A DNA stretch of 34,512 nt from a virus, in IMG/VR virus record IMGVR_UViG_3300000956_000009, positions 1 to 34,512 of that record, one strand, 5' to 3'. This document shows, in pieces, positions 26,842-33,824 of this stretch. A program made the translations under genes and the position numbers. The notes beneath the pieces were generated by a model. The model made no database searches and was not told where the DNA came from. It saw nothing but the letters and a program-made list of their open reading frames with translations. Numbering within the stretch: position 1 is the stretch's first letter; every line of letters begins with the position of its first letter.

Positions 26842-27002
26842 TGCGCTGCAATCTTCTTCCGTCGCCCTGAGATCCGCAGAACGATGCCGATTGCCAGAAG
26901 TCCAAGTCCCACACTGAGGACCAGCACAGGAGCGGCAATCACAGCCCCACCAATACCGATGGTAGCGAATGCACTCGTAACTGGAAGACCGTAGTTACCC
27001 AT
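26838..27002 (-). CDS. Small membrane protein (54 aa) translationally coupled to the synthase
   Basis: MGNYGLPVTSAFATIGIGGAVIAAPVLVLSVGLGLLAIGIVLRISGRRKKIAAQ. TAATG overlap upstream and GTGA overlap with the synthase start. The ORF track extends to 27062. Confidence 0.55.
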   Translation of the reverse strand: MGNYGLPVTSAFATIGIGGAVIAAPVLVLSVGLGLLAIGIVLRISGRRKKIAAQ

Positions 27003-27499
27003 TACTTCTTTTTCCTCCGATGCGATTTTACGAAGCAGTGTTCTTTGTGCGCAAATGCCCAATCAACCGACATCATGATGGTGCTGTTTGGATCTGCCCA
27101 GTCAGGTTGAACCTGAACGAGTTCTTCACAAACTAGACACTTTACGTCGATGGTTTTTGCTGCCATCGAGCCAACATCTGCTTCAAACTGGCCTTTGATG
27201 TGCTTATTCTGTTTGAAGAACTTATCGATCATCTCGGTCAGACACCACTTTGCGAAGCGGAATGCCTGGTCGACTTGTAGGTAGAGGGTAATTTCATCCT
27301 CGGTTGCGACACCTGACTTGACGATGGTCTCCCAAGGAGTACCTTCGGGGATTTTTAGGTTTTCGAATTTCCCGTAGATTTCCGAAACCTCAGGAATCTT
27401 TTCCCGAATTTCTTCCATGACTTCGACAAAATTCTCGAAGACCCGAGCGTAGTATGTCTCATCATCGACGGAGTCAGATCTCCTCCAAGGCTTCCACAT
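27002..27499 (-). CDS. Hypothetical protein (165 aa) with C-terminal CxxC...HxxxC motif
   Basis: ATG 27499 is preceded by AAGGAGG. The ORF track begins at 27577. Confidence 0.6.
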   Translation of the reverse strand: MWKPWRRSDSVDDETYYARVFENFVEVMEEIREKIPEVSEIYGKFENLKIPEGTPWETIVKSGVATEDEITLYLQVDQAFRFAKWCLTEMIDKFFKQNKHIKGQFEADVGSMAAKTIDVKCLVCEELVQVQPDWADPNSTIMMSVDWAFAHKEHCFVKSHRRKKK

Positions 27500-28073
27500 C
27501 CTGTGCCTCCTTAAATCTTTTGTATCGCTCGGCGGCAGCAATGTGGAATGCCCGCATGAAGTTTTCGATAAACTCATGATCGTGGCAGTCGCTGGCTTTT
27601 ACGTCAGGCAGGATATACGGTTGTGTTCCAGACTGCGCAATGTATTCGAGGAATTCCGGGTCTGTAATTTCAGTTGTTACTAAATCAGCAAGCTCAATAA
27701 ATTTGTGTGCGGCTTCTCTGTGTTCTGGCGTTTGCCAAGTTTTATCTGGATCGTCTGGATGTTCAACACCAGGAACAAATGCAACATGCACAACATCAAC
27801 GATGATAACTGGTCCAGGTGTATCTTTGTTGAGTTCACGTAGGCTTGTGAACCATTTTACAATATTTGGATTCATGGGGAGAGTAACGATCCACAAATTT
27901 GCAGCAAAGCCCTCGGCATCGGCAAGTTTGTACGAGGATCTTATCTCCGCGAGTCCTCCACCTTGACTGAATATGTCCACAAGAGTGTTAAAGCCACGAA
28001 GTTCGTTTTGCTCTTCCACGCCATTGTGGAGAATAAACACTTTGAAAAGTGTTGGAAGTCCTTCATCAACCAT
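27474..28073 (-). CDS. Hypothetical protein (199 aa)
   Basis: Long ORF co-oriented in the operon. No family recognised. Confidence 0.6.
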   Translation of the reverse strand: MVDEGLPTLFKVFILHNGVEEQNELRGFNTLVDIFSQGGGLAEIRSSYKLADAEGFAANLWIVTLPMNPNIVKWFTSLRELNKDTPGPVIIVDVVHVAFVPGVEHPDDPDKTWQTPEHREAAHKFIELADLVTTEITDPEFLEYIAQSGTQPYILPDVKASDCHDHEFIENFMRAFHIAAAERYKRFKEAQDVEALEEI

Positions 28074-28076
28074 TCG

Positions 28077-28481
28077 TTATTCCGAGTTCTCTGGGTGCAG
28101 CCAATCAGACCACTCGCCAGTACCAGACTGACGCCACCGAACAAGGGCTTCTGCAGTGTTCGCCAGGTTCTGTGCGAACTCTTCTGGATCTGCTACCCGA
28201 AGCGAAGTGGTGACTGTCTTGTTGCCGACTTCGTCTTCGGTTTCAAAGCTGTAGGTGTACGAGAACTTGTGGTTTTTTGCGGTCATATCGTCTTGATAGG
28301 TGGATGGCACCATCAGGTTAAGAATATTTTGTACGGCGGATCGAGTTGGAAAGGCACGAACCGAAGAAACCGGTGCGTCTGGATCGACACGTTGCACGTC
28401 AGCCAAGAACTGTGCTTTCTCGGCTTCCTTGTCGATCTCAGTGTCTTTACTCTGGACAACTAAGCGCGTCCACTGGGGCAT
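28077..28481 (-). CDS. Hypothetical protein (134 aa)
   Basis: ATG 28481 follows AAGAGG. The ORF track begins at 28538. Confidence 0.55.
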   Translation of the reverse strand: MPQWTRLVVQSKDTEIDKEAEKAQFLADVQRVDPDAPVSSVRAFPTRSAVQNILNLMVPSTYQDDMTAKNHKFSYTYSFETEDEVGNKTVTTSLRVADPEEFAQNLANTAEALVRWRQSGTGEWSDWLHPENSE

Positions 28482-28492
28482 GGAATTACCTC

Positions 28493-28582
28493 TTAACCAA
28501 ATGCACGCACGAGCGCGGCTACCAGAACAACAAAACACATAATTAGTGTTCCGGCGGGAACGAGAAACTTGGCAGTCAACAT
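28493..28582 (-). CDS. Candidate 29-aa hydrophobic micro-protein
   Basis: Hand translation MLTAKFLVPAGTLIMCFVVLVAALVRAFG. GAAAGG upstream. The stop lies 12 nt before the next start. Confidence 0.3.
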   Translation of the reverse strand: MLTAKFLVPAGTLIMCFVVLVAALVRAFG

Positions 28583-28633
28583 CTCACTGGCCTTTCGAGA
28601 TGGAAACAGGAATGGAGTTGTCAACCTACGGTA

Positions 28634-28738
28634 CTACGTTATTACTTGCCAAAGGTATATGATACATAAGGCTGCGATGGTGAGATCGAGTAGAATGTCG
28701 ATAATGATCGAGTTAGCGAGCTTCTGCTTGAGGTTCAT
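28634..28738 (-). CDS. Candidate 34-aa hydrophobic micro-protein
   Basis: Hand translation MNLKQKLANSIIIDILLDLTIAALCIIYLWQVIT. Overlaps the end of the upstream gene. Confidence 0.25.
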   Translation of the reverse strand: MNLKQKLANSIIIDILLDLTIAALCIIYLWQVIT

Positions 28739-28973
28739 TGAAAAACCGTTCCATGAGTTTTATTTGGTATGAAGTACGGCGCTGATCGCAGTCGGGGCAC
28801 ATGTTCCAGTCCCAGTCAGTGCGTTGTGCCCATCTAAGTTCGCTGTTGTGGTAATTGATGAACTTTGCTATTTCTTCGACTTGGTTTGGTAGCGTGATGT
28901 AAACGTCGCAGTAATCATGAACCAGGTACTTCTGTCCCATGTGTGTCCGGACGTGGTAATCTTGATCGGCCAT
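28713..28973 (-). CDS. Hypothetical protein (86 aa)
   Basis: ORF co-oriented in the operon, containing a CPDC motif. No family recognised. Confidence 0.5.
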   Translation of the reverse strand: MADQDYHVRTHMGQKYLVHDYCDVYITLPNQVEEIAKFINYHNSELRWAQRTDWDWNMCPDCDQRRTSYQIKLMERFFNEPQAEAR

Positions 28974-29142
28974 CTCTGATAATCACGAGTTCCTCTCGGT
29001 CCAAGCCGTCCGCGATATAGTTACGGACGACGTCGCTAAACGAGATATTTTTGAACTCCGCGATGGCTTCTACTCTTTTAACGGTAACCTCGTCAAACTT
29101 TATGGACTTGTTAACTCCTAGAATTTTTAGTGGCTTCGCCAT
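28915..29142 (-). CDS. Ribbon-helix-helix (CopG/Arc-like) DNA-binding protein
   Basis: ATG 29142 follows GAAGAGGGG. MAKPLKILGVNKSIKFDEVTVKRVEAIAEFKNISFSDVVRNYIADGL fits a beta-strand, helix, helix pattern. First gene after the promoter. Confidence 0.6.
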   Translation of the reverse strand: MAKPLKILGVNKSIKFDEVTVKRVEAIAEFKNISFSDVVRNYIADGLDREELVIIRDGRSRLPRPDTHGTEVPGS

Positions 29143-29167
29143 TTTCTGCCCCTCTTCGTATGACTCC

Positions 29168-29196
29168 ATCGTAGCACCTGGACGTAGCACGGTCAA
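29168..29196 (-). promoter_or_regulatory. Sigma-70-like promoter TTGACC-17-TACGAT with tandem GTGCTACG repeats
   Basis: The minus strand reads TTGACCgtgctacgtccaggtgcTACGAT. The 8-mer repeat lies at 29170..29177 and 29183..29190, covering the spacer and the -10 element. Confidence 0.5.
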
Positions 29197-29328
29197 GCAC
29201 CAGATACACATAGGTGACGGTCGATGTGATGGCCGAGCCCGGACACCGGTCGTGTCGACATCTCCACGTTTGACATCACGTTCGGTGGGGTATAGAGGAA
29301 TGAAATCTCGACTTTTTGGAGGACCGTC

Positions 29329-29520
29329 ATGGTCGGACCGCGTAACGAAGACGAGCAGGCTCGCGTTGAGCGTATTGCCCGCGAACAGGGCATGAGTGTC
29401 GAAGATGTGAAGCGTACCGAATCTGAGGCTTCTCTGCGTGAAGAGAACGCCAAGAAGAAGGACGCTGAGCAGAACAAGGAAGACAAGGGCGACACTCGGC
29501 CAAGCCAGAACCAGCGGTAA
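29329..29520 (+). CDS. Small highly charged hypothetical protein; lone plus-strand gene inside the minus arm
   Basis: GGAGG lies 6 nt upstream of the ATG and TTGACA lies at 29270..29275. A strong terminator follows the gene. Confidence 0.55.
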   Translation: MVGPRNEDEQARVERIAREQGMSVEDVKRTESEASLREENAKKKDAEQNKEDKGDTRPSQNQR

Positions 29521-29534
29521 CTGGAAGAATTGCG

Positions 29535-29565
29535 AAAGGGTACACACAATGTGTGTACCCTTTTT
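29535..29565. terminator. Bidirectional intrinsic terminator
   Basis: aaagggtacacac / aat / gtgtgtacccttt forms a 13-bp stem flanked by A and T runs. It lies between convergent genes ending at 29520 (+) and 29578 (-). Confidence 0.75.
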
Positions 29566-29577
29566 CGCGTTATAGCA

Positions 29578-29955
29578 CTAATATGTGGCGAAACCGACAA
29601 ACATACCTAAAACTGGGATCAGGAACACCAGCAATGTGAGGAAAATTGCGACATCGTATGCGGTTGTGTACGGTGATCCTGGCGGATCTGCTTCATCAGG
29701 GCCGACCAGGAGAGGGTGACCTTTTCGGTATACGATGCGGTAATCGTATGGAACTTCTACGGTTTGGTATCTTCGTGGGTTTCGGCCCTGGTTGAGTAGA
29801 TAGTGCACCAAGTACACGACTGCCCAGGGAAAAAACAAAATTGACAATGTAATGTGGTAGAAGTGCCAAGGTCCCAGTCCACCAACTGGGACCTCAACAT
29901 ACTGGATTTCGCGTTCTTCATCGATGGCGTAAGGCTGGAGATAGCCGGACATCAT
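29578..29955 (-). CDS. Membrane protein (two TM segments)
   Basis: TM segments HITLSILFFPWAVVYLVHYLL and VAIFLTLLVFLIPVLGMFVGF. ATGA overlap with the helicase stop. Confidence 0.6.
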   Translation of the reverse strand: MMSGYLQPYAIDEEREIQYVEVPVGGLGPWHFYHITLSILFFPWAVVYLVHYLLNQGRNPRRYQTVEVPYDYRIVYRKGHPLLVGPDEADPPGSPYTTAYDVAIFLTLLVFLIPVLGMFVGFATY

Positions 29956-31370
29956 GGGGATTCGTCTTCTTCCTTTTTCTTGAGTTTGATCGTTATTGAT
30001 AGCCGGTAGTACAAGTCAGGGTCGTTCTTATTCGGGCCAGTAACTTTTCGGAGACTCGCCCGTTGTACCATAGTTTCCAGCTTACGCCGGACTTTGTTCC
30101 GCTGGTTGGCATCTGGTGTTTCGGTGTTGAACATTTGCTCGGCAACTTCCCGAACGCTGACGCCGGAGTCCTTACTCTCGATATAGCTGAGAATGTTGAA
30201 ATCTCCAACGATTACGGATTGACCAATAGCGTGGTTGTGCTGGATCTTCCAGCCATCACCAACAACTTCGGCCGGTTGCTTGCGGTGGTAGAATTCGATG
30301 AGTTCATCACCAGGGTTGCCCCAAAGCAGAATGCACGAACCGGAGCCGTTCACGATGTGAATTGAACCATAGAAGTCGTTTACGCCAGGGGCAGTTTTGT
30401 TTTCCGCATTAGTCTTACGCAAGTGGTGCAGTGAGCAGACCTGTACTCCCTCGGCAATGGCAATCTGAATGGCCTTGTTGAGGCTTGCGCCGACTTTGTC
30501 ATCGGCCAAACCAATTGCAGCATCCTTGAGTGAGTCAATGTAAACGGCTCCACACCGCATTTCCCGACCATGCTTGGCACTCATCGCTGCTTCCGCTGCC
30601 CGAACCATCTTGATGAGTACGTGTGGATCAGCGGCAAAGTCAGCCATCGGTGGACCCTTGCGAATCATGAAGTGCTTTGCCAGCTTTTCTTTGTCTTCCT
30701 CGTTGAAGTGTCGGCGTAGTGAACGCAGAATTTGGTCCGGTCGGTCCATGGCGAGCCAAAAATCGAATTGGTCCTCTTCGAGCTTCCGAATGGGAAGTCC
30801 GAACAGTTCTTCTTCAATGCCAAGCCGTCCCCGCAGGATTTGTCCAGATACTGTAGTTTTTCCGACGCCAGTCGGTCCGGTGATGAGTAGTGGTTCGCCT
30901 TCTGCCCAGAGTACTTCGGTTCCTTTGCCCCAAATTGCGGGAATTTCTTCGGGTAAGTCGAAAAGTCCTTCGCCGGAAATCAGTCGATCTTGTTCAAGTA
31001 CGTTGAGGGTGTCGTCCTGGGCGTCCCATTGCTGTGCTTTTCTTATTCCCTGCAACCGAGCAAAATGCTCGGTTGCGTTGTTGTGAACTTTAGCTTGAAA
31101 TTCAAGATTAGCTTTTAGCTCATCTAGGCTGAAATCAGCAATTGCCTTGCGCAGTAGTTCGAGTTTTTCGGTTTCCGCGAGGGGCTTGTTGGTGTCTTGA
31201 AGCTCATCCGCCTCGGTAAAATCTTCGTCAAGGTCCTCTGGGTTGAAGAAGTACGGCTCGTCGGAGCTTTTTTCGACTTCCTGACCTTCTTCCACTACAC
31301 ACCCCACTTCTGCGGGTATGTTCGGAAGCGGACGGTACGAGCGCAATTCTTCTGTTCGGCACCAAGCCAT
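29952..31370 (-). CDS. RecA-fold replicative helicase/ATPase (AAA_25 / RepA-like) with a C-terminal winged-helix-like region
   Basis: Walker A ITGPTGVGKTT, Walker B AVYIDSL and the family motif VCSLHHLRK. The start is uncertain: ATG 31370 overlaps the upstream gene by 76 nt, while GTG 31295 would share one base with its TAG stop. Confidence 0.8.
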   Translation of the reverse strand: MAWCRTEELRSYRPLPNIPAEVGCVVEEGQEVEKSSDEPYFFNPEDLDEDFTEADELQDTNKPLAETEKLELLRKAIADFSLDELKANLEFQAKVHNNATEHFARLQGIRKAQQWDAQDDTLNVLEQDRLISGEGLFDLPEEIPAIWGKGTEVLWAEGEPLLITGPTGVGKTTVSGQILRGRLGIEEELFGLPIRKLEEDQFDFWLAMDRPDQILRSLRRHFNEEDKEKLAKHFMIRKGPPMADFAADPHVLIKMVRAAEAAMSAKHGREMRCGAVYIDSLKDAAIGLADDKVGASLNKAIQIAIAEGVQVCSLHHLRKTNAENKTAPGVNDFYGSIHIVNGSGSCILLWGNPGDELIEFYHRKQPAEVVGDGWKIQHNHAIGQSVIVGDFNILSYIESKDSGVSVREVAEQMFNTETPDANQRNKVRRKLETMVQRASLRKVTGPNKNDPDLYYRLSITIKLKKKEEDESP

Positions 31371-32488
31371 TTATCATGATTGTCATTTTTAGTCCAATTT
31401 TGATCTGTCGGCGCATTTGTGATGAAGTCATTGTAGGCGTCTTGCAATGAGTAGGCGTTCCACGGTGCGTTTGCGATCTCAGTGAGTGCCCGAGCAACCC
31501 ACATTGCAGTCTTTTCCCAGCCGTACTGGCCGTCAGGGTTCTTTTGACCGTGGTAGGTCATCCGTTCACCCAATTTTAGCTGGGCAACAAGTTCGAGCTT
31601 TTCTAGTTCGTGGAGTATAGCGCCCTTGGTGTAGTTGTCGATGCGAGCCCGTTCGAATGGGTCCAGGTCGTTGTAGCGTGGAACGTCGGTTTTTGGGGTA
31701 AGAATTTCGGTTCGGGTTTGTGGGTTGTACGCGATGAATTTTGGTGCGGGTGGCTCCTTGTACTGTTTGAAGTCTCCTGGTCGGTACAACGATGGGGTGT
31801 GCTGGATAATTTCGACCTGAAATGGTGCGGTCTGGCCGGTATCATCTTTGGATGAGTATTTGAAATTGCCGGAAAGTGGTAGTCGAAGCAGTCGAGCTGG
31901 GTCATGTACGTGATCGAGGTTGTGGTGACAGGCAATTCGGTAGGAAATTCGCGAGGTGAGGTGCGAGGAAACGTGTTCGTCGAGAATCCAGACTGCCTGG
32001 TATTTGTTGGTTTTGTGCGCTGAGGTACGGATCAGGTAGGTAGGTGGGACGAGAAGTTTGCCGTAGTACATTTTGTCATCGAGATCGGCCCAAATGACTT
32101 TGGAGTACTCGATGTACTCGATCCGGCGACCTTCGCGGGAATTGGTCAGGTTGACGCAGAAGTAGATATTTTCCCGAGGGAAATAGTTGTCGTAGATCCG
32201 GTTGAGCGCCGATTTCAATTGGTTTGGGTATTTGATTGGGAATTGTTGACAACGACCAGCATTCTTGTGGTTACTTGGACTAATTGCGGCCAACCAGGAG
32301 AAGAACTGAGGTTGTTGAGATGAGGGAGAATCGTTGCCATTGAGGGCGTCAGGTGCTAGAATAAGGTTACGAGGTGAACCCCAGACATCGGTGAGGAACT
32401 TGAGGTGGACTTCGAGGAGTTCAGCTTTTTCCTCTGGTGTGTAGAACGTGGTAGGGCTTTCGGTGTCTGGAAGGCTCGCTTCGCTCAT
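31295..32488 (-). CDS. Archaeo-eukaryotic-primase-superfamily primase-polymerase-like replication protein
   Basis: Motifs in AEP order: NIYFCVN, VIWADLDD, RTSAHKTNKYQAVWIL and LLRLPLSGNFKYS. Confidence 0.7.
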   Translation of the reverse strand: MSEASLPDTESPTTFYTPEEKAELLEVHLKFLTDVWGSPRNLILAPDALNGNDSPSSQQPQFFSWLAAISPSNHKNAGRCQQFPIKYPNQLKSALNRIYDNYFPRENIYFCVNLTNSREGRRIEYIEYSKVIWADLDDKMYYGKLLVPPTYLIRTSAHKTNKYQAVWILDEHVSSHLTSRISYRIACHHNLDHVHDPARLLRLPLSGNFKYSSKDDTGQTAPFQVEIIQHTPSLYRPGDFKQYKEPPAPKFIAYNPQTRTEILTPKTDVPRYNDLDPFERARIDNYTKGAILHELEKLELVAQLKLGERMTYHGQKNPDGQYGWEKTAMWVARALTEIANAPWNAYSLQDAYNDFITNAPTDQNWTKNDNHDKWLGAEQKNCARTVRFRTYPQKWGV

Positions 32489-32600
32489 ATGAACCCCCTA
32501 AATCTTGTCATCCTGCAAAGCTGGTAAAGCTGAGATCAACGGAAACGTAGTGGCGGTCCGGCAAAAAATGTGGATCTTGGGGATCGCCAGCGGGCCGCCG

Positions 32601-32801
32601 CTACGAAGACAAATCGTCTTTTGGTACCTCAACTTTCGGTAGTCCATTCCGAGTGACAAATTCTCTGGCTTCTAGCGCCATTTCGAGACAGTCTCGGACT
32701 ACTTGACCTTTGCTGACCTTGTCTCGTTCAGCAACCTTGGTCACGACATCGAACATTTCCTTGTCAAGGACTACTGAGACATTGTACTTGTACTTCGCCA
32801 T
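32601..32801 (-). CDS. Ribbon-helix-helix DNA-binding protein
   Basis: ATG 32801 follows GGGAG. MAKYKYNVSVVLDKEMFDVVTKVAERDKVSKGQVVRDCLEMAL. The ORF track extends to 32903. Confidence 0.6.
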   Translation of the reverse strand: MAKYKYNVSVVLDKEMFDVVTKVAERDKVSKGQVVRDCLEMALEAREFVTRNGLPKVEVPKDDLSS

Positions 32802-32803
32802 TC

Positions 32804-33382
32804 TTAGGCTCCCTGCTTCTTGAGCAAACTGTAGGTCGCGTTGATCGACCCGTTCGTGCTCATGAGCACCGCATCGAAATTGTTTTTTGGTGTGTTCATC
32901 CAAGATGGCATGATTCCGGTGTTTTGTTCAGTTTTGTTGGACAGAACCTTGTACCGGCCTGCGCACGAACCAGAAGTAATGAGTACTTCTTTGTTCTGTG
33001 GCAGTGAACCTAGGTTCTGCCATCCTTTGTTTGCGTGGCCGACCAGGAGACAAGTGGGCTGGTTGAGGTATGTGACGACTTTGCCCTTGTCAATGGTTTC
33101 CTGACCGTAGAAGTCATCTACTGGGTGCAGTAGGATGACTGGGTCTTTTGCGGTTGTGCCCTTCTTTGCCGCAGACTGTGCGGTTCCGTCGCCACCACCA
33201 ACTGGGAATGGGTCTGGCAGATCCTGGAAGTTTGTGCGTGAGTTGTATGGTTCTGGAGTTTGCACTGAAACGGCAGAAGTTGAGGAAACCGTTGTAGAAG
33301 GTGCCATAACCGTGTTTCCCAGGTAACTCATGACTCCGAGTCCGGCCACTGCCAGGACTGCGGTGATCGCTGCTCGCCTCAT
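32804..33382 (-). CDS. Secreted or membrane-anchored protein with sortase-like motif order
   Basis: ATG 33382 gives the signal/anchor sequence MRRAAITAVLAVAGLGVMS. LLVGHANKGW...VLITSGS..GRYKV...AVLMSTNG resembles a sortase layout but lacks the TLxTC cysteine. The ORF track begins at TTG 33418. Confidence 0.55.
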   Translation of the reverse strand: MRRAAITAVLAVAGLGVMSYLGNTVMAPSTTVSSTSAVSVQTPEPYNSRTNFQDLPDPFPVGGGDGTAQSAAKKGTTAKDPVILLHPVDDFYGQETIDKGKVVTYLNQPTCLLVGHANKGWQNLGSLPQNKEVLITSGSCAGRYKVLSNKTEQNTGIMPSWMNTPKNNFDAVLMSTNGSINATYSLLKKQGA

Positions 33383-33389
33383 GCCAGGA

Positions 33390-33418
33390 ACTCTACAGGA
33401 GTTGCTGAGACTTGGCAA
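33390..33418 (-). promoter_or_regulatory. Sigma-70-like promoter TTGCCA-17-TAGAGT, probably producing a leaderless mRNA
   Basis: The minus strand reads TTGCCAagtctcagcaactcctgTAGAGTtcctggcATG. The -10 element ends 7 nt before the ATG and there is no SD sequence. Confidence 0.5.
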
Positions 33419-33478
33419 CTACTTCTTCAAGATCAAATTCATGGGTGTGCGCTCGCCGGTGTGCGGCCGGGCCGAGGT

Positions 33479-33665
33479 GTACGCCCCTCTAAAGAGGGGG
33501 GCGAACGTACACCCTGCGGCCACCAGGCGGCGAACACCCGTGTACACGTTGGCGTACACCCTCTGAGCAGGGAAAATGAGAAAGCCGTACACCCCCGAAC
33601 ACCCAGCCGTACTCATCCATCGAAGTTCATCAGCGCACACCCTGGCGTACACCTTGATACACCCA
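33479..33665 (+). repeat. Iteron-like array of about 9-11 same-orientation copies of G(T/A)ACACCC
   Basis: Core copies start at 33507, 33532, 33554, 33587, 33597, 33635, 33648 and 33658. Variants start at 33479, 33542 and 33609. A CCCCTCTaaAGAGGGG palindrome lies at the left edge. Confidence 0.7.
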
Positions 33666-33733
33666 AAGATCATCGATGAAGGAGATCAACTTCGGGTCCA
33701 GGTTCGTACACGTGTTCGCCTGGTCGGCTATGC

Positions 33734-33762
33734 TTGCCAAGAGTTGCCAGGTGTGCTACAAT
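33734..33762 (+). promoter_or_regulatory. Sigma-70-like promoter TTGCCA-17-TACAAT for the packaging/structural arm
   Basis: TTGCCAagagttgccaggtgtgcTACAAT. Flanked by the palindromes TCATCGATGA (33670..33679) and AAGATgATCTT (33770..33780). Confidence 0.55.
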
Positions 33763-33824
33763 GTAAGACAAGATGATCTTGGCGGAGATCATGAAATCTA
33801 TTATTTCCGATTGGAAAATAGACT

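Noticed and set aside
19911-27002. The glycan cassette as a recently acquired foreign island flanked by mobile-element signatures
   Set aside because: No flanking repeats, transposase or integrase were seen, and by eye there is no obvious compositional break. The genes are translationally coupled into the phage operon. GC skew and codon statistics were not computed.
28915-29547. 210-aa minus-strand ORF as a single long gene
   Set aside because: Its N-terminal 135 aa run through the divergent promoter region and the plus-strand gene, and into the terminator. Only the portion from ATG 29142, which has a strong RBS and an RHH-like sequence, looks genuine.
33419-33776. ORFs 33419..33673 (-), 33461..33679 (+) and 33576..33776 (+) across the intergenic control region
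   Set aside because: Their peptides are repetitive (VYTLAYTL, HTLAYTLIHP) because they translate the iteron array. They have no ribosome-binding sites, overlap each other on both strands and cover the promoters.
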